A DNA stretch of 64,000 nucleotides, from positions 36,075 to 100,074 of the IMG/VR virus record IMGVR_UViG_3300049171_000040; one strand, written 5' to 3'. Below the pieces are notes generated by a model. That model saw only the letters and a list, made by a program, of their open reading frames with translations, did no database searches and was not told the origin of the DNA. The DNA comes from a virus. Shown one piece after another: positions 10,502 through 20,674 of the stretch (its first letter is position 1; every line of letters begins with the position of its first letter). The position numbers were made by a program, and so were the translations under genes.

Positions 10502-10676
10502 ACGCCGCCGCCCAGGTCGCCGCTGACTACGCGGTACTTGGCCTCATCGCCCGCTGCGAGCTGCTTGCCGCGCTCGACAACGAGGACGACACCCCCACCA
10601 CGTAAGAGGCCCGCCGGCGGCTACCGACGGACCCATATCCCCACCGCTCAGAGATCTAGCAGAAGGAGCAGTAGAG

Positions 10677-11111
10677 ATGACCTCCACGATAGACGAAGGC
10701 CAGACGACCGCCGCTGAACGGCGGCGTCAAGACCGTATCGGCGACACGATGGCGAGCGTCATCGCCTACGCGGACGGCTGGACTGCGGCCCTGAAGTTCC
10801 TCCAGGCGCACCCGGACACCGCCGCCCACGCCTACGTGCATGACTACTACGTGAACCGCTGCGTCGGGGACAAAGAGGACGCCCTCGCAGCCATAGAGGA
10901 CGCCGCCCGGCGTGGTGTAGCGGCGGGTTTCCGCGTCACCCAGGAAATCGGCACCATGCACGGCGGCGTGAAGATCTGGTTCGGCCCTATCTACCTGTAC
11001 GTCTACGCCGAGCGGGACCGGGTGTGCACGCCGATCGTGGTCGGGAAGATCGATGACGTCCGGTACGCGATCAGCGCGCGGCTGGACGGGATAACCGAGG
11101 CCGCCTCATGA
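10677..11111 (+). CDS. Hypothetical protein
   Basis: RBS aaggag; coupled to the next gene. Confidence 0.65.
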   Translation: MTSTIDEGQTTAAERRRQDRIGDTMASVIAYADGWTAALKFLQAHPDTAAHAYVHDYYVNRCVGDKEDALAAIEDAARRGVAAGFRVTQEIGTMHGGVKIWFGPIYLYVYAERDRVCTPIVVGKIDDVRYAISARLDGITEAAS

Positions 11112-11752
11112 GCGCCGTGACTTCCCTGCGCGCCGTGGTCGTGGAGGCATTCCCCGCGGTGCATGAGATCGCCATCGTCCCCGTCCCCGCCGAGGGGAGT
11201 GTCCGCGTTCACCATCCGGCCGGGGTGCGGACGTACCACCCCGAGCTGCCCGACGTGCCTTACGTCGTGGTCGTCCCTGGCGACGGCGAGTTGCTCGGGT
11301 GGGGCTGGTCGAACGGCTGGTACGGCTCCCTGGCGGGTGTTCGCAACGGGCATCACCGGCTGGACCGCGACGCCTGGCACGCCGCCGCTCGCGCACTGCA
11401 GGGCGGCGGAGTGGCCTATGTCGCGTACGCGCCGCGCCTGTACTTCGGGAACCGCCGCTGGACCGCCACCGGATACCGGTGGGAGCCCGCCTCGGCCGAG
11501 CGACACGGCAACCCGTGGAACGCTTTCGCGTCCACCGAGGCCCGACTGCCGGGCGAGTTGCGCCGGGCGGACAAGATCCAGGTTCACGACCCGGACCTTG
11601 GATGGGTCACCGCCCTGGTCCTAGACCACGCCGTGCCCTCGGCGGGTGCGTGCTCGGTGGCCGTCCAGGTGCCCGGCCGTGCGGCGGACAGGGTCACCCT
11701 CCCTGCTGACACCGCTGTCCGGCTGGTACCCCGCGTGGAGGTGTCGGCATGA
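11108..11752 (+). CDS. Hypothetical protein
   Basis: ATGA coupling at both ends. Confidence 0.6.
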   Translation: MSAVTSLRAVVVEAFPAVHEIAIVPVPAEGSVRVHHPAGVRTYHPELPDVPYVVVVPGDGELLGWGWSNGWYGSLAGVRNGHHRLDRDAWHAAARALQGGGVAYVAYAPRLYFGNRRWTATGYRWEPASAERHGNPWNAFASTEARLPGELRRADKIQVHDPDLGWVTALVLDHAVPSAGACSVAVQVPGRAADRVTLPADTAVRLVPRVEVSA

Positions 11753-12045
11753 GCGACCACTACGACTACGGACCTCTCCAGACCTACGAGATCACCTGGA
11801 CCTCGGGCCACATCGAGCGGATCCAGTGCCACCAGGTGTCCTACAGCGGCGGCGACCCGATGGGCGACCTCTTCGGCCCCGTTGGGGTCAAGCACGTCCG
11901 CCGCGTCCAGTTCCACGGCGAGATCGAGGGCCGGTGGCTGCTGGTCCTGTCGGTGTGCGAGGACGACATCGCCGCGATCCGCTTGGTGACCGGTGGCGAG
12001 GCGCTTCCGGGGGAGTCCCTGGCGGGCGGTGACACCCATGGGTGA
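11749..12045 (+). CDS. Hypothetical protein
   Basis: Coupled ORF. Confidence 0.6.
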   Translation: MSDHYDYGPLQTYEITWTSGHIERIQCHQVSYSGGDPMGDLFGPVGVKHVRRVQFHGEIEGRWLLVLSVCEDDIAAIRLVTGGEALPGESLAGGDTHG

Positions 12046-12316
12046 CATCCGCTCCCAGGCGTGCGTGTACCTCCGCAACGGCCTCGTGGACCTGCTGGAG
12101 GTGGTGGGCCCGGACGGCACCTCAACCGGGCAGTGGCGTAACGCCGCCAGCCACGTCCGGGCTGTCGTCAACGGGCACGCCAGCAGGTACGAGGTTGCCC
12201 TGGTGGACGGCATGTGGTCCTGCACGTGCAGCGAGTCTGCGCCGTGCCCGCACGCCGCCGCTGTCCAGACGGTCACCGGCTGGCCCTCCCTCGCGAGACG
12301 GGCGGCCAAGCGATGA
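12038..12316 (+). CDS. SWIM zinc-finger protein
   Basis: WSCTC...CPH. Confidence 0.6.
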   Translation: MGDIRSQACVYLRNGLVDLLEVVGPDGTSTGQWRNAASHVRAVVNGHASRYEVALVDGMWSCTCSESAPCPHAAAVQTVTGWPSLARRAAKR

Positions 12317-12672
12317 ACGACCGCTGGATCAGCGTCACCGACGCCGCTACCCGACTGGGCGCGTTCGAGCATGACGTGCTCGGCATGGCCATCGGCGGAG
12401 CCCTCCGGTCGAGCTGCGGCCACCACCTGATCTCCGAGGCGTCCGTGGAGCAGCACCTCGCCTACCGGACCTACACGCCCTCCGAGCTGGCCAGCCCACG
12501 GGCTGACGTCCTGGCGGAGAACGGCGAGCAGGACGGCGCTCAGACCACCTACCGCGACGCGCTCGGCGCCTACCTCGGCGACGAACCGGAGTGGCGCCTG
12601 ACGCCGACCGAGCCGCCGTCCGACATCGGCCCCGACGCCGAAGACGAATACCGCGAGGAGAAGCGCACGTGA
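12313..12672 (+). CDS. Hypothetical, excisionase-like HTH N-terminus
   Basis: WISVTDAATRLG. Confidence 0.5.
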   Translation: MNDRWISVTDAATRLGAFEHDVLGMAIGGALRSSCGHHLISEASVEQHLAYRTYTPSELASPRADVLAENGEQDGAQTTYRDALGAYLGDEPEWRLTPTEPPSDIGPDAEDEYREEKRT

Positions 12673-13592
12673 AAGCACGTCTGGTCCTGCCTTCCGGGCA
12701 GGACCGCACGCCCCTCTGGTACGAGGAACGCCTGAAGGGCATCACCGCGTCGGAGATCGCCGTCATCCTCGGCCTGTCGCCGTTCGAGTCGGAGTTCTCC
12801 CTGTTCTGGCGCAAGCTCGGCGAACTCCCGCCGATCGAGGACACGGACGTGATGTCGCTCGGCCGGCATCTGGAGTCGTGGGTGGCGGACAAGTTCGCTG
12901 CCGACCACCCGGATCTCGCGCTCGGGCTGGGCGGGCTGTACGCCAACGCGCAGCGCCCGTGGCAGATGGCCACCCCGGACCGGCTTGTCCGCCGGTTCGG
13001 GGCCGGTTTGGAGCCGGTCGCGGTGTGGGAAGGCAAGACCGCCGCGTCCTACGACGGGTGGGGCCTGTCCGGCACCGACGAGGTGCCGGTGTACTACCGA
13101 GCCCAGGGCTTGTGGCAGCAGGACACCGTGGACGTGCGCCGCACCTACCTGTCGTGCCTGTTCCTGCACACCCGGCAGACCCGCCACTACGTGATCGACT
13201 ACCACCCGATCGACGTGGAACTCATGCGCCTGGCCGCGCTGGACTTTATCGACCGGCTCACCCGCGGCGTGCCACCTCCAGCAGACGGCAGCCGAGCAGC
13301 CAGGGCCGCGCTGAAGCACCTGCACGAGACCGTCGAGGCGAAGAAGAGCGTCGTCATCCCCCAAGACGTCGGGGACGAGTACCGCGACGCCGCGGCGGCC
13401 TACTCGGCGGCGAAGAAGCGCAAGGACGCAGCGGAAAACACCGTCCGCGAGCACGCCGGCGACGCCCAGATCGTCCTCACCCCCGACGCACGCCGGGTCT
13501 GCACCCGCTCCGTGTACGAGATGCCCGCCCATCAGCGCGAGGCGTGCGTCGTCGACAAGCTCAATCCGCCCCGTAGCAAGAAGGGCTCCTGA
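12669..13592 (+). CDS. YqaJ-like viral recombinase exonuclease
   Basis: W...R..GITASEIA..LGLSPF, GRHLE, ATPDR, EGKT, VP.YY..Q. Confidence 0.9.
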   Translation: MKARLVLPSGQDRTPLWYEERLKGITASEIAVILGLSPFESEFSLFWRKLGELPPIEDTDVMSLGRHLESWVADKFAADHPDLALGLGGLYANAQRPWQMATPDRLVRRFGAGLEPVAVWEGKTAASYDGWGLSGTDEVPVYYRAQGLWQQDTVDVRRTYLSCLFLHTRQTRHYVIDYHPIDVELMRLAALDFIDRLTRGVPPPADGSRAARAALKHLHETVEAKKSVVIPQDVGDEYRDAAAAYSAAKKRKDAAENTVREHAGDAQIVLTPDARRVCTRSVYEMPAHQREACVVDKLNPPRSKKGS

Positions 13593-13595
13593 CCT

Positions 13596-14438
13596 GTGGC
13601 TGGCAAGACCATCACGAACGCGGTCGCCGAACGAGACAAAAGCCTGCAGCAGTTCCGCGCTGAGAAGCTGGCGGGACTCAAGGTTCTCCTGGACCAGATG
13701 GCGCCGGAGATTGCCCGCGCGCTGCCCGCACATCTGACGCCAGAGCGGATGCTGAGGATCACCCTGACGCAGGCCCGGGCGGAGCCGAAGCTACTGCTCT
13801 GCACACCCGAGTCGATGGCCGGCGCGGTGCTCACCTGCGCACAGGTTGGCATGGAGCCCGGCCCGACCGGCGAGGCGTTCTTCATTCCGCGCAAGAACCG
13901 GGACACGGGCGAACTGGAGGCGAAGTTCGAGCTCGGCTACAAGGGCATGGCGAAGCTGTTCTGGCAGCACCCGTTGGCGAAGTACTTGAACACGGCGACG
14001 GTCCGCGTCAACGACGAATTCGACTACGACCTCGGCTCCGCTCCCTACCTCAAGCACAAGCCGAACAAGGGCGACCGTGGCGAGCCAGCCGGCCACTGGT
14101 ACGCGGTCTACCTGCTAACCAATGGCGGGTTCGGGTTCGCCATGCTGGACAAGCCCGCAGTCCAGCGCCGCCGCAACGCCTCCAGCGCGCCAAACTCGCC
14201 CGGCTGGTCGAAGAACTACAACGAGATGGCGGAGAAGTCGGCCCTCCGTGACGCGTTCGACACCATGCCGAAGTCGGCGGAGATGGCCCGCGCGCTGGCA
14301 TGGGACGGGGCGGTCCGCACCAACCTGGACCTGGACGCGATCGACGACGCCCCCACGCCGGAAGAGCCCGACGAAGAGCCAGCCGAGGACAACCCGCTCC
14401 ACTACGACGACGCCGACGCTGCTGGCGGTGAGTCGTGA
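13596..14438 (+). CDS. recT: RecT ssDNA annealing protein
   Basis: ALP.HL.PERMLR, CTPES, GMEPG, LGYKG, W...Y.EMAEKS. Confidence 0.92.
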   Translation: MAGKTITNAVAERDKSLQQFRAEKLAGLKVLLDQMAPEIARALPAHLTPERMLRITLTQARAEPKLLLCTPESMAGAVLTCAQVGMEPGPTGEAFFIPRKNRDTGELEAKFELGYKGMAKLFWQHPLAKYLNTATVRVNDEFDYDLGSAPYLKHKPNKGDRGEPAGHWYAVYLLTNGGFGFAMLDKPAVQRRRNASSAPNSPGWSKNYNEMAEKSALRDAFDTMPKSAEMARALAWDGAVRTNLDLDAIDDAPTPEEPDEEPAEDNPLHYDDADAAGGES

Positions 14439-14815
14439 ACGATCACTGGGACATGGACCACCCGCAGGTCGACATCACTCCGAACAAGGCCGCGGGAATC
14501 ATCATCCACATCAGCCGCCTCATCGAGGCGAAGCTGAGGGAGTTCGATCAGCTCAACGAGGTCGCAGCCCAGACAAAGAAGGAAGCCGAGGTCGTCTTCG
14601 CGCGGGCGTTCCTGGAGTCCACCCGTCCCATGGACGAGCGGCGGCAGATCGCCATGCTGGCCGCGGCGGATGCCCGGTTCGCTGCGGACGCCGCTGAGCG
14701 TCAGGTGAAGGCGTGCTCGAAGGCCCTCTACAAACTCTCGGGCGACATGGACTCGGCGCGCACGATCTCCGCGACGGCGCGCGATGAGATGAAGTCGCTC
14801 GGGGGGACCACGTGA
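14435..14815 (+). CDS. Hypothetical helical protein
   Basis: Coupled to recT. Confidence 0.65.
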   Translation: MNDHWDMDHPQVDITPNKAAGIIIHISRLIEAKLREFDQLNEVAAQTKKEAEVVFARAFLESTRPMDERRQIAMLAAADARFAADAAERQVKACSKALYKLSGDMDSARTISATARDEMKSLGGTT

Positions 14816-15477
14816 AGCCGGGCGGGCCTCTCCAGCGCCGTACGGAGATGCCCCGCGGCAACGGGCCGAAGCGGCAGCCGTTCAAGGCGGCCTTCCCGGC
14901 GCCGCGCAAGGCGAAGCGGTCAGGGGCGAAGGGCTTCCCGCGCGCCGCGGCCAACCTGATGAAGGCCCGTAGCGGGGATCTCTGCGAGATCGGCTTGCTG
15001 TGCATGGGCCACGCGCAGGCCACCGAGTCCGCGCACCGTCTCGCCAAGCAGGCGGGCGGTGTCGGGCCGAAGAACACGTGGTCATCCAAGGCCGCGAACG
15101 GGCTCCGGGCGTGCTCCGACGACCACCGCCTGGTGGACGGGGCGAACGAGGGGGAGGCGTTCCGGCTCGGCTACAAGATCCGGCACGGCGTGGCCCGGCC
15201 CGTCGAGGTGCCGGTGCTACACATCGAGTTCGGATGGGTCCTCCTCGACGACGCCGGCGGATGGCGTCCCGCACCCGCCGTGTCCTACGAGCGGCCGGAC
15301 GGTCTGCTCCCGGTGGTCGGCGTCTCCAAGTGGGACCTCATGGTCCCGACGGGCGCGTTCCTGGACGCGATGGAGCGGTACGGCCACATCAACTGCCCCG
15401 GCTGGTCGCCTCCGCGTGAGGGCGTTTTCACCTGCGGGTGCGGCGCCGAAGTTTTTGCTTTGGACGTGATCGCGTGA
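14812..15477 (+). CDS. HNH-like nuclease
   Basis: CEI...C...HR...GG...N.L..C...H pattern. Confidence 0.55.
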   Translation: MKPGGPLQRRTEMPRGNGPKRQPFKAAFPAPRKAKRSGAKGFPRAAANLMKARSGDLCEIGLLCMGHAQATESAHRLAKQAGGVGPKNTWSSKAANGLRACSDDHRLVDGANEGEAFRLGYKIRHGVARPVEVPVLHIEFGWVLLDDAGGWRPAPAVSYERPDGLLPVVGVSKWDLMVPTGAFLDAMERYGHINCPGWSPPREGVFTCGCGAEVFALDVIA

Positions 15478-16775
15478 CGTCGACCTACATGGACTTCCTC
15501 GCCGCTAAGCAGCGCCGCGTGGAGCCTGATGGGCGCGTAGTCGAACTGGGCGACGTCCACCCGATGCTCCACGAGTGGCAGCGCCGCATTGTCGCGTGGG
15601 CCGTGAAGACTGCCCGCGCCGCGATCTGGGCTGACACCGGTCTCGGTAAGACGCTGATGCAGTTGGAATGGGCCAGGTTGTCGGGCGAGCGGAGCCTGAT
15701 CGTGGCGCCGCTCGCCGTGTGCGAGCAGACCGTCCGCGAGGCGGAGAAGATCGGCGTCACCGCCCGGTACGTCCGCGGCGATGCCGATGCGTCCGGGCCG
15801 GGCGTGTGGGTCACCAACTACGAAATGGTGGAGAGGTTCGACCCGGACCTCATCGACGCTGTCGTCTTGGATGAGGCGTCGATCCTCAAGCAGGCGGACG
15901 GAAAGACCCGCAACCTGCTGATCAGCCACTTCGCGCCGGTCAAGCACCGCTTGGCGTGCACTGCGACGCCCGCGCCGAACGACTCCGAGGAACTCACCAG
16001 CCAGGCGGAGTTCCTCGGGGTGATGCGCCGGCCGGAGATGCTCGCGGCGTACTTCATCAATGACGGCAAGGACTGGCGGGTTAAGGGGCACGCCCGCGGG
16101 CCGATGTTCCGGTGGATGGCTTCGTGGGCGGTCGCGTTGCGCATGCCGTCCGACCTCGGCTACCCCGACGACGGTTACGTCTTGCCCGGCCTGGACATCA
16201 TGCCGCATCTGCTGGCTGACGAGGTGGCCGTCGATGGGTTCCTGTTCGGTGGAGACCTCGGGGGAGTGGGCGGCCGGGCCAAGGTCCGCAAGGCCACCCT
16301 TGATGCGCGGTGCGGGCGAGCCGCCGAACTCGTCGCCGCCGAGTCGGACGAGCCGTGGATCCTGTGGTGCGGCCTGAACGACGAGGCCCGCACCCTGGCC
16401 AAGCTCATCCCCGGAGCGGTCAACGTAGAGGGCTCATGGTCGCCGGAGGCGAAGGCTCAGGCGTTCCTCGACTTCGCGGACGGTAAGACCCGCGTCCTGA
16501 TCACGAAGCCGTCGATGGGCGGCTACGGCCTCAACTGGCAGCACTGCGCCCGCATGGCGTTCGTCGGCCTCTCCGACAGTTGGGAGGCCTACTACCAGTG
16601 CATCCGCCGCTGCTACCGCTACGGGCAGACCCGGCCCGTGCACGCCCACGTCGTGCTGACCGAACTCGAATCGCCCATCGCCCAGAACATCGCCCGCAAG
16701 GAGACGGAGGCGACGGCCATTCACCGTGCCCTCGTCGCCGAGATGCGGGCCGCCGCTACTTGGAGAGCTGCATGA
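15474..16775 (+). CDS. SF2 (SNF2-like) helicase
   Basis: DTGLGKT, LDEAS, TATPAPND, GLNWQ, Q..RR.YR.GQ. Confidence 0.9.
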   Translation: MTSTYMDFLAAKQRRVEPDGRVVELGDVHPMLHEWQRRIVAWAVKTARAAIWADTGLGKTLMQLEWARLSGERSLIVAPLAVCEQTVREAEKIGVTARYVRGDADASGPGVWVTNYEMVERFDPDLIDAVVLDEASILKQADGKTRNLLISHFAPVKHRLACTATPAPNDSEELTSQAEFLGVMRRPEMLAAYFINDGKDWRVKGHARGPMFRWMASWAVALRMPSDLGYPDDGYVLPGLDIMPHLLADEVAVDGFLFGGDLGGVGGRAKVRKATLDARCGRAAELVAAESDEPWILWCGLNDEARTLAKLIPGAVNVEGSWSPEAKAQAFLDFADGKTRVLITKPSMGGYGLNWQHCARMAFVGLSDSWEAYYQCIRRCYRYGQTRPVHAHVVLTELESPIAQNIARKETEATAIHRALVAEMRAAATWRAA

Positions 16776-17743
16776 ACAACGACGACGTCTACGTCACCGA
16801 CGACGCGCAGGGCGACGGATGGTCACTGATGCTCGGCGACTCTTGCGAGAGGCTGGCGGAGGTCGGGACCGCGTCGGTGGACCTGTCCGTTTGCTCCCCG
16901 CCGTTCGCCTCCTTGTACACGTACTCGCCGTCGTTGCGAGACCTTGGCAACAGCGGCAGCCGTGAGGAGTTCCTGACTCACTACCGGTTCATCATCCGCG
17001 CACAGTTGCGGGTGACGAAGCCGGGCCGTCACGCGGTGGTGCACGTCTCTCAGATCGCGCTCACGAAGGCGGTGCACGGCGAGGTCGGCCTGTCCGACTT
17101 CCGCGGTGATGTGATCCGCGCGTTCGTCGGCGAGGGGTGGATCTTCCACGGCGAGGTCACCATCGACAAAGACCCTCAGGCGCAGGCGATCCGTACCAAA
17201 GCCCAGGCGTTGATGTTCGTCCAGTTGGAGCGGGACTCGTCGAAGAACCGCCCGGCGCTGGCGGACTACCTTCTCATCTTCCGCAAGCCCGGCGAGAACA
17301 AGGTTCCGGTCAAGCCGGAGGTCAGCCGGGACGAGTGGATCCAGTGGGCCCGCCCTATCTGGCAGGGAGAGGAAGACTCCGCTGAGACCTTGGGTGAGCT
17401 CGGTCTCGTCATGCCGCGGGCGGCCTGGTATGGCATCAAGGAGACCAACACCCTCAACGCGAAGGTCGCGCGGGAGAACGCAGACGAGCGCCACATCTGC
17501 CCCCTGCAACTGGACCTAATCGAGCGCTGTGTGCGGCTGTGGTCCAACCGCGGCGAGCTGGTCTTGTCGCCGTTCGCGGGCATCGGCTCGGAGGGTTACG
17601 TCTCAGTCCGGCAGGGGCGCCGCTTCGTCGGGGTGGAGTTGAAGGCCTCGTACTGGCAGACCGCGGTGACCAACCTGCGGACGGCTGAGGCTCAGGTGGC
17701 TGCGCCGGCGCTGTTTGGCGAGTCCGAGGCGGCGGCGTCGTGA
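16772..17743 (+). CDS. DNA methyltransferase (beta class, N4C/N6A)
   Basis: SPPF motif IV precedes PFAGIGS motif I; HICPLQ. Confidence 0.9.
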   Translation: MNNDDVYVTDDAQGDGWSLMLGDSCERLAEVGTASVDLSVCSPPFASLYTYSPSLRDLGNSGSREEFLTHYRFIIRAQLRVTKPGRHAVVHVSQIALTKAVHGEVGLSDFRGDVIRAFVGEGWIFHGEVTIDKDPQAQAIRTKAQALMFVQLERDSSKNRPALADYLLIFRKPGENKVPVKPEVSRDEWIQWARPIWQGEEDSAETLGELGLVMPRAAWYGIKETNTLNAKVARENADERHICPLQLDLIERCVRLWSNRGELVLSPFAGIGSEGYVSVRQGRRFVGVELKASYWQTAVTNLRTAEAQVAAPALFGESEAAAS

Positions 17744-17885
17744 CCTCTCCACTCCTGCCCGGCGACGACTGGCCCGACGAGCCTCCGCCCATGGACGGCT
17801 GGGACGCGGACGGACAGCCCTACCGGGACGTGGACGTCTCCCCGAACTACCTCTAACCCCCTACCTCCGAAAGGAGCCCGACGCC

Positions 17886-18134
17886 ATGGGCTGGTTCATC
17901 CCCCTCCTGTGCTTCATGGCCCTGCTCGCCGTCGCAGGCCACGTGTCCGACTGGCTGGACAGTCGAGCCAAGGGTGGGCGGAAGGCCATCAAGGACCTCG
18001 CCGCCCACCAGGCGTTCATCGACCGGCTCGAAGGCCAGGCCCGCGACTTTCAGCACATCGACAACTTCGCCGCCGTGACCTTCAGCGACATCCAGGCGTT
18101 CCGCGCCAACCCTCGCAAGCAGATCAACAAGTGA
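17886..18134 (+). CDS. Small membrane protein
   Basis: RBS aaggag; N-terminal TM. Confidence 0.6.
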   Translation: MGWFIPLLCFMALLAVAGHVSDWLDSRAKGGRKAIKDLAAHQAFIDRLEGQARDFQHIDNFAAVTFSDIQAFRANPRKQINK

Positions 18135-18145
18135 CCAGCTGACCC

Positions 18146-18203
18146 TCCTGCTTCTTGGTCGTCTCCTTCCCATCGGGGGTGAGGAGACGGCCAGGGGGCG
18201 GGA
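18146..18203 (+). terminator. Long (22-bp) hairpin between convergent genes
   Basis: 18146-18167 pairs with 18182-18203 using several G-U pairs on the + strand. Confidence 0.65.
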
Positions 18204-18231
18204 CTACCAGAGGAGAGGAGGAGGGGAGGTG

Positions 18232-18546
18232 TCAGCCCTTGACTCGACGCCACGCCTCGAAGAGGAGTTCTTCCAGGTCGACCTGAGACAGGTCGGCGTC
18301 AAGGCGTGTGATGCCCGCCTCCTCGTCGGTGAGGAATCCGGCAGCGACGAACGCTTCCAGCACCGGTCTCTCGTAGGCGCGGGCGAATGCGGCGACGGTC
18401 TCCGGCTTGGGGGAGGAGATCTGCCAGCGGGTCACGGCCGACTGGCTGATGCCCACGCGACGGCTGATGTCGCTCGGGTTCGCCGGTCCGGCGGTGTCTT
18501 GGACGTACTTCCACCAGGTCACGGCGCACAGCCTATGCGCATGCAT
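18232..18546 (-). CDS. Repressor-like HTH protein (switch 2)
   Basis: SDISRRVGISQSAVTRW...P.PETV.AFA.AY..PVLEAFVAAG; exact start uncertain. Confidence 0.8.
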   Translation of the reverse strand: MHAHRLCAVTWWKYVQDTAGPANPSDISRRVGISQSAVTRWQISSPKPETVAAFARAYERPVLEAFVAAGFLTDEEAGITRLDADLSQVDLEELLFEAWRRVKG

Positions 18547-18638
18547 TTAGCGCTTCCAGTGAGGCGTGGCGACTGTGGCGAAAGTGACTCGGATCAGCTT
18601 GTGCTCTGTAGCCTACGCGCATAAGCTATGCGCATGCA
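18533..18638. promoter_or_regulatory. Operator region 2: CTATGCGCATGCA at 18533 and 18626, plus variant at 18611
   Basis: Exact 13-bp repeat between divergent HTH genes. Confidence 0.7.
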
Positions 18639-18687
18639 CATGACGTTAATCGACCTCCACGCAATAAATAAAGAAGAGGGGGATTTA

Positions 18688-18924
18688 GTGAAGGCCACCC
18701 TTAAGCTCCGCCGCGACGAACTCGCCAAGCACCGCGAGCGGGCCGCGCTCCGCAGAGACGGAGACCTCGCGGCGGCAATGGGCGTCAACCGGGTGACGAT
18801 CAGCAAGTTCATCAACGGCAAGGCGCAGCCCAGCGCGGACTTCATCGCCAGCCTGCTCGCCGTCCTGCACGACGACGTGTCCTTCGCCGACCTCTTCCAG
18901 GTCGTCGCCAAGGATGCGGCGTGA
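18688..18924 (+). CDS. Cro-like HTH protein (switch 2)
   Basis: LAAAMGVNRVTISKFINGKAQPSADFIA..F.DLFQVV; similar to 9139-9402. Confidence 0.8.
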   Translation: MKATLKLRRDELAKHRERAALRRDGDLAAAMGVNRVTISKFINGKAQPSADFIASLLAVLHDDVSFADLFQVVAKDAA

Positions 18925-19403
18925 GCGAGACCGCGATCCCGAGCGGGTCGCCCTTCGAGCCCGACAGCGACCTGTACTGCCCGTTCTACAAGCGCTACAT
19001 GGCCGCACGCACCCTCTACGAGACGCAGTTCCCCGAGGGTGGATACGGCGTCGCCATGATCGGGCGCATGGCCTGGGCCAACCTGCCTGAGCAGGACAAG
19101 GCCAGCACGCTCGACATTTTCTTCACCAACTACTGGATGACCATCCACGACGAGGAGCGCGAAGACCGCCTCGCCCGTGAAGCGAAGTCCGGCACCTCTT
19201 ACGTGGATCCCAGCGACACGGCCGACCTGTGGCTGTGCATCCAGGAGACCAAGGGGTCGCCGGAGTCGATCGACGACGTGCCCACGAAGGCACTCATGAA
19301 CGTCCTGTCCGAACTCGAACTACTTCAGCACCGCCTCGCCGCGATCGAACTCGGCAAGGCGATGGACCAGGCGAACGCCAACGACTCGGGGGAGTCCCAG
19401 TGA
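18921..19403 (+). CDS. Hypothetical protein
   Basis: Coupled ORF. Confidence 0.65.
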   Translation: MSETAIPSGSPFEPDSDLYCPFYKRYMAARTLYETQFPEGGYGVAMIGRMAWANLPEQDKASTLDIFFTNYWMTIHDEEREDRLAREAKSGTSYVDPSDTADLWLCIQETKGSPESIDDVPTKALMNVLSELELLQHRLAAIELGKAMDQANANDSGESQ

Positions 19404-20104
19404 ACGAGCTTCAAATCTTCGAAAACGGCGAGTTCGAGATCTACGTCACCCCGATGGGGGACGCGTTCACTGTGCAAGCTCCGGGCTTCGCTCGGGCGCT
19501 CGGGCACCGCGACGCGAACACGATGCTGGCCAATATCCCTGGTGACGAGAAGGGGTACGGCCTGGCCCGTACCCCCGGCGGCTACCAGGAGGTTGCGCAC
19601 CTCACGGAGCCTGGCTTTTATCGCGCGCTCGGTCAGCGCCAACTCGGCCGCATCAAGAACCCAGACATGCGTGCACAGGTTGAGCGTTTCCAGCGCTGGC
19701 TCTACCACGACGTGCTGCCGTCCCTGCGCCGCAACGGCTACTACAGCTTGCCGTCCGCGACTCAGGCGCTGGCCTCAATCTCCGAGGAGGACATGCCCGA
19801 ACTGCTGACGTGGAAGGAAGTGTGCTTCGTCATCCGGCAGGACTACCGGGTGCGCGTCCACGTCGCCAGGCTTCGCCGCACCTTGATGGCCGGCGGCGTG
19901 CTCACACAGGCGTTTGAGCCCAAGGCGGGCTTCACAGAGTGCTTCTGGTGGACCGGCACAGCTCACCTGGTCTATCGCGACGCGGTTCCCCGCCTGTTCT
20001 TCGAGTACCAGCGCACTGAGCGGCTTCTCGGCCTGGCCCGAGGTGGGCGACGTCGCGAGTTGGTCGCGCCGCAGCAAGGCGACCTGTTCGGAGGTGCCTC
20101 CTGA
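19400..20104 (+). CDS. BRO-N antirepressor
   Basis: NELQIFENGEF...ARALG...TPGG.Q...LTEPGFY...FQRWLYHDVLPSLRRNG.Y. Confidence 0.88.
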   Translation: MNELQIFENGEFEIYVTPMGDAFTVQAPGFARALGHRDANTMLANIPGDEKGYGLARTPGGYQEVAHLTEPGFYRALGQRQLGRIKNPDMRAQVERFQRWLYHDVLPSLRRNGYYSLPSATQALASISEEDMPELLTWKEVCFVIRQDYRVRVHVARLRRTLMAGGVLTQAFEPKAGFTECFWWTGTAHLVYRDAVPRLFFEYQRTERLLGLARGGRRRELVAPQQGDLFGGAS

Positions 20105-20481
20105 TGGTCGACAAGCAGACCCTCGACAACGTCGCCGAGTATGTCGCTCGCGGTGTCGCCCTGCTGGACGAGAAGCACCCCGGCTGGCACACGGAGATCG
20201 ACCTCGCGGTGCTCGCCCTGGACGACTGCTCGCAGTGCGTCCTCGGGCAGATGTTCTACGACCACGTGCCCGACGGCTACGACGACTCGTTCCAGGTCGG
20301 CGTGAAGGAGGTCCTCGGGATGGGGCCGGACGACGTCGACGTGGCGGTGCTGATTCGCCACGGGTTCGACGTGTGGCCGAACCGGCTGACCGAAGACCAG
20401 GCATACCGCGATCTGACGGCTGAGTGGAAGCGGGTCATCGCGGCTCGCCAGTCTGAGCTTCCCCTGGGAGGAGAGTCCTGA
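20104..20481 (+). CDS. Hypothetical phage protein
   Basis: VARGVALLDE..PGW...IDL..L....CVLGQ. Confidence 0.65.
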   Translation: MVDKQTLDNVAEYVARGVALLDEKHPGWHTEIDLAVLALDDCSQCVLGQMFYDHVPDGYDDSFQVGVKEVLGMGPDDVDVAVLIRHGFDVWPNRLTEDQAYRDLTAEWKRVIAARQSELPLGGES

Positions 20482-20674
20482 TGCCCGTGATCGACGTATG
20501 GGACGTCCTCCAAGACCCGGAGGTCCCGCGCGATGTTGGTCAGCGTCTTCTGGCCCGGCAGCGCGCCCGGCGTGAGGGGCTGACTCCCGACCCGTGCCCT
20601 GAGGCGGACAAGCCGTTCCTGGCCCGGCACATCGTGAACGTCCAGTCTGAGCTTCCCCTTGGCGGTGAGACCCG

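Noticed and set aside
9218-13733. Long minus-strand ORFs (e.g. 9218-10462, 11584-12678, 12570-13733, and similar ones elsewhere)
   Set aside because: Shadow ORFs antisense to well-supported genes, expected in high-GC DNA
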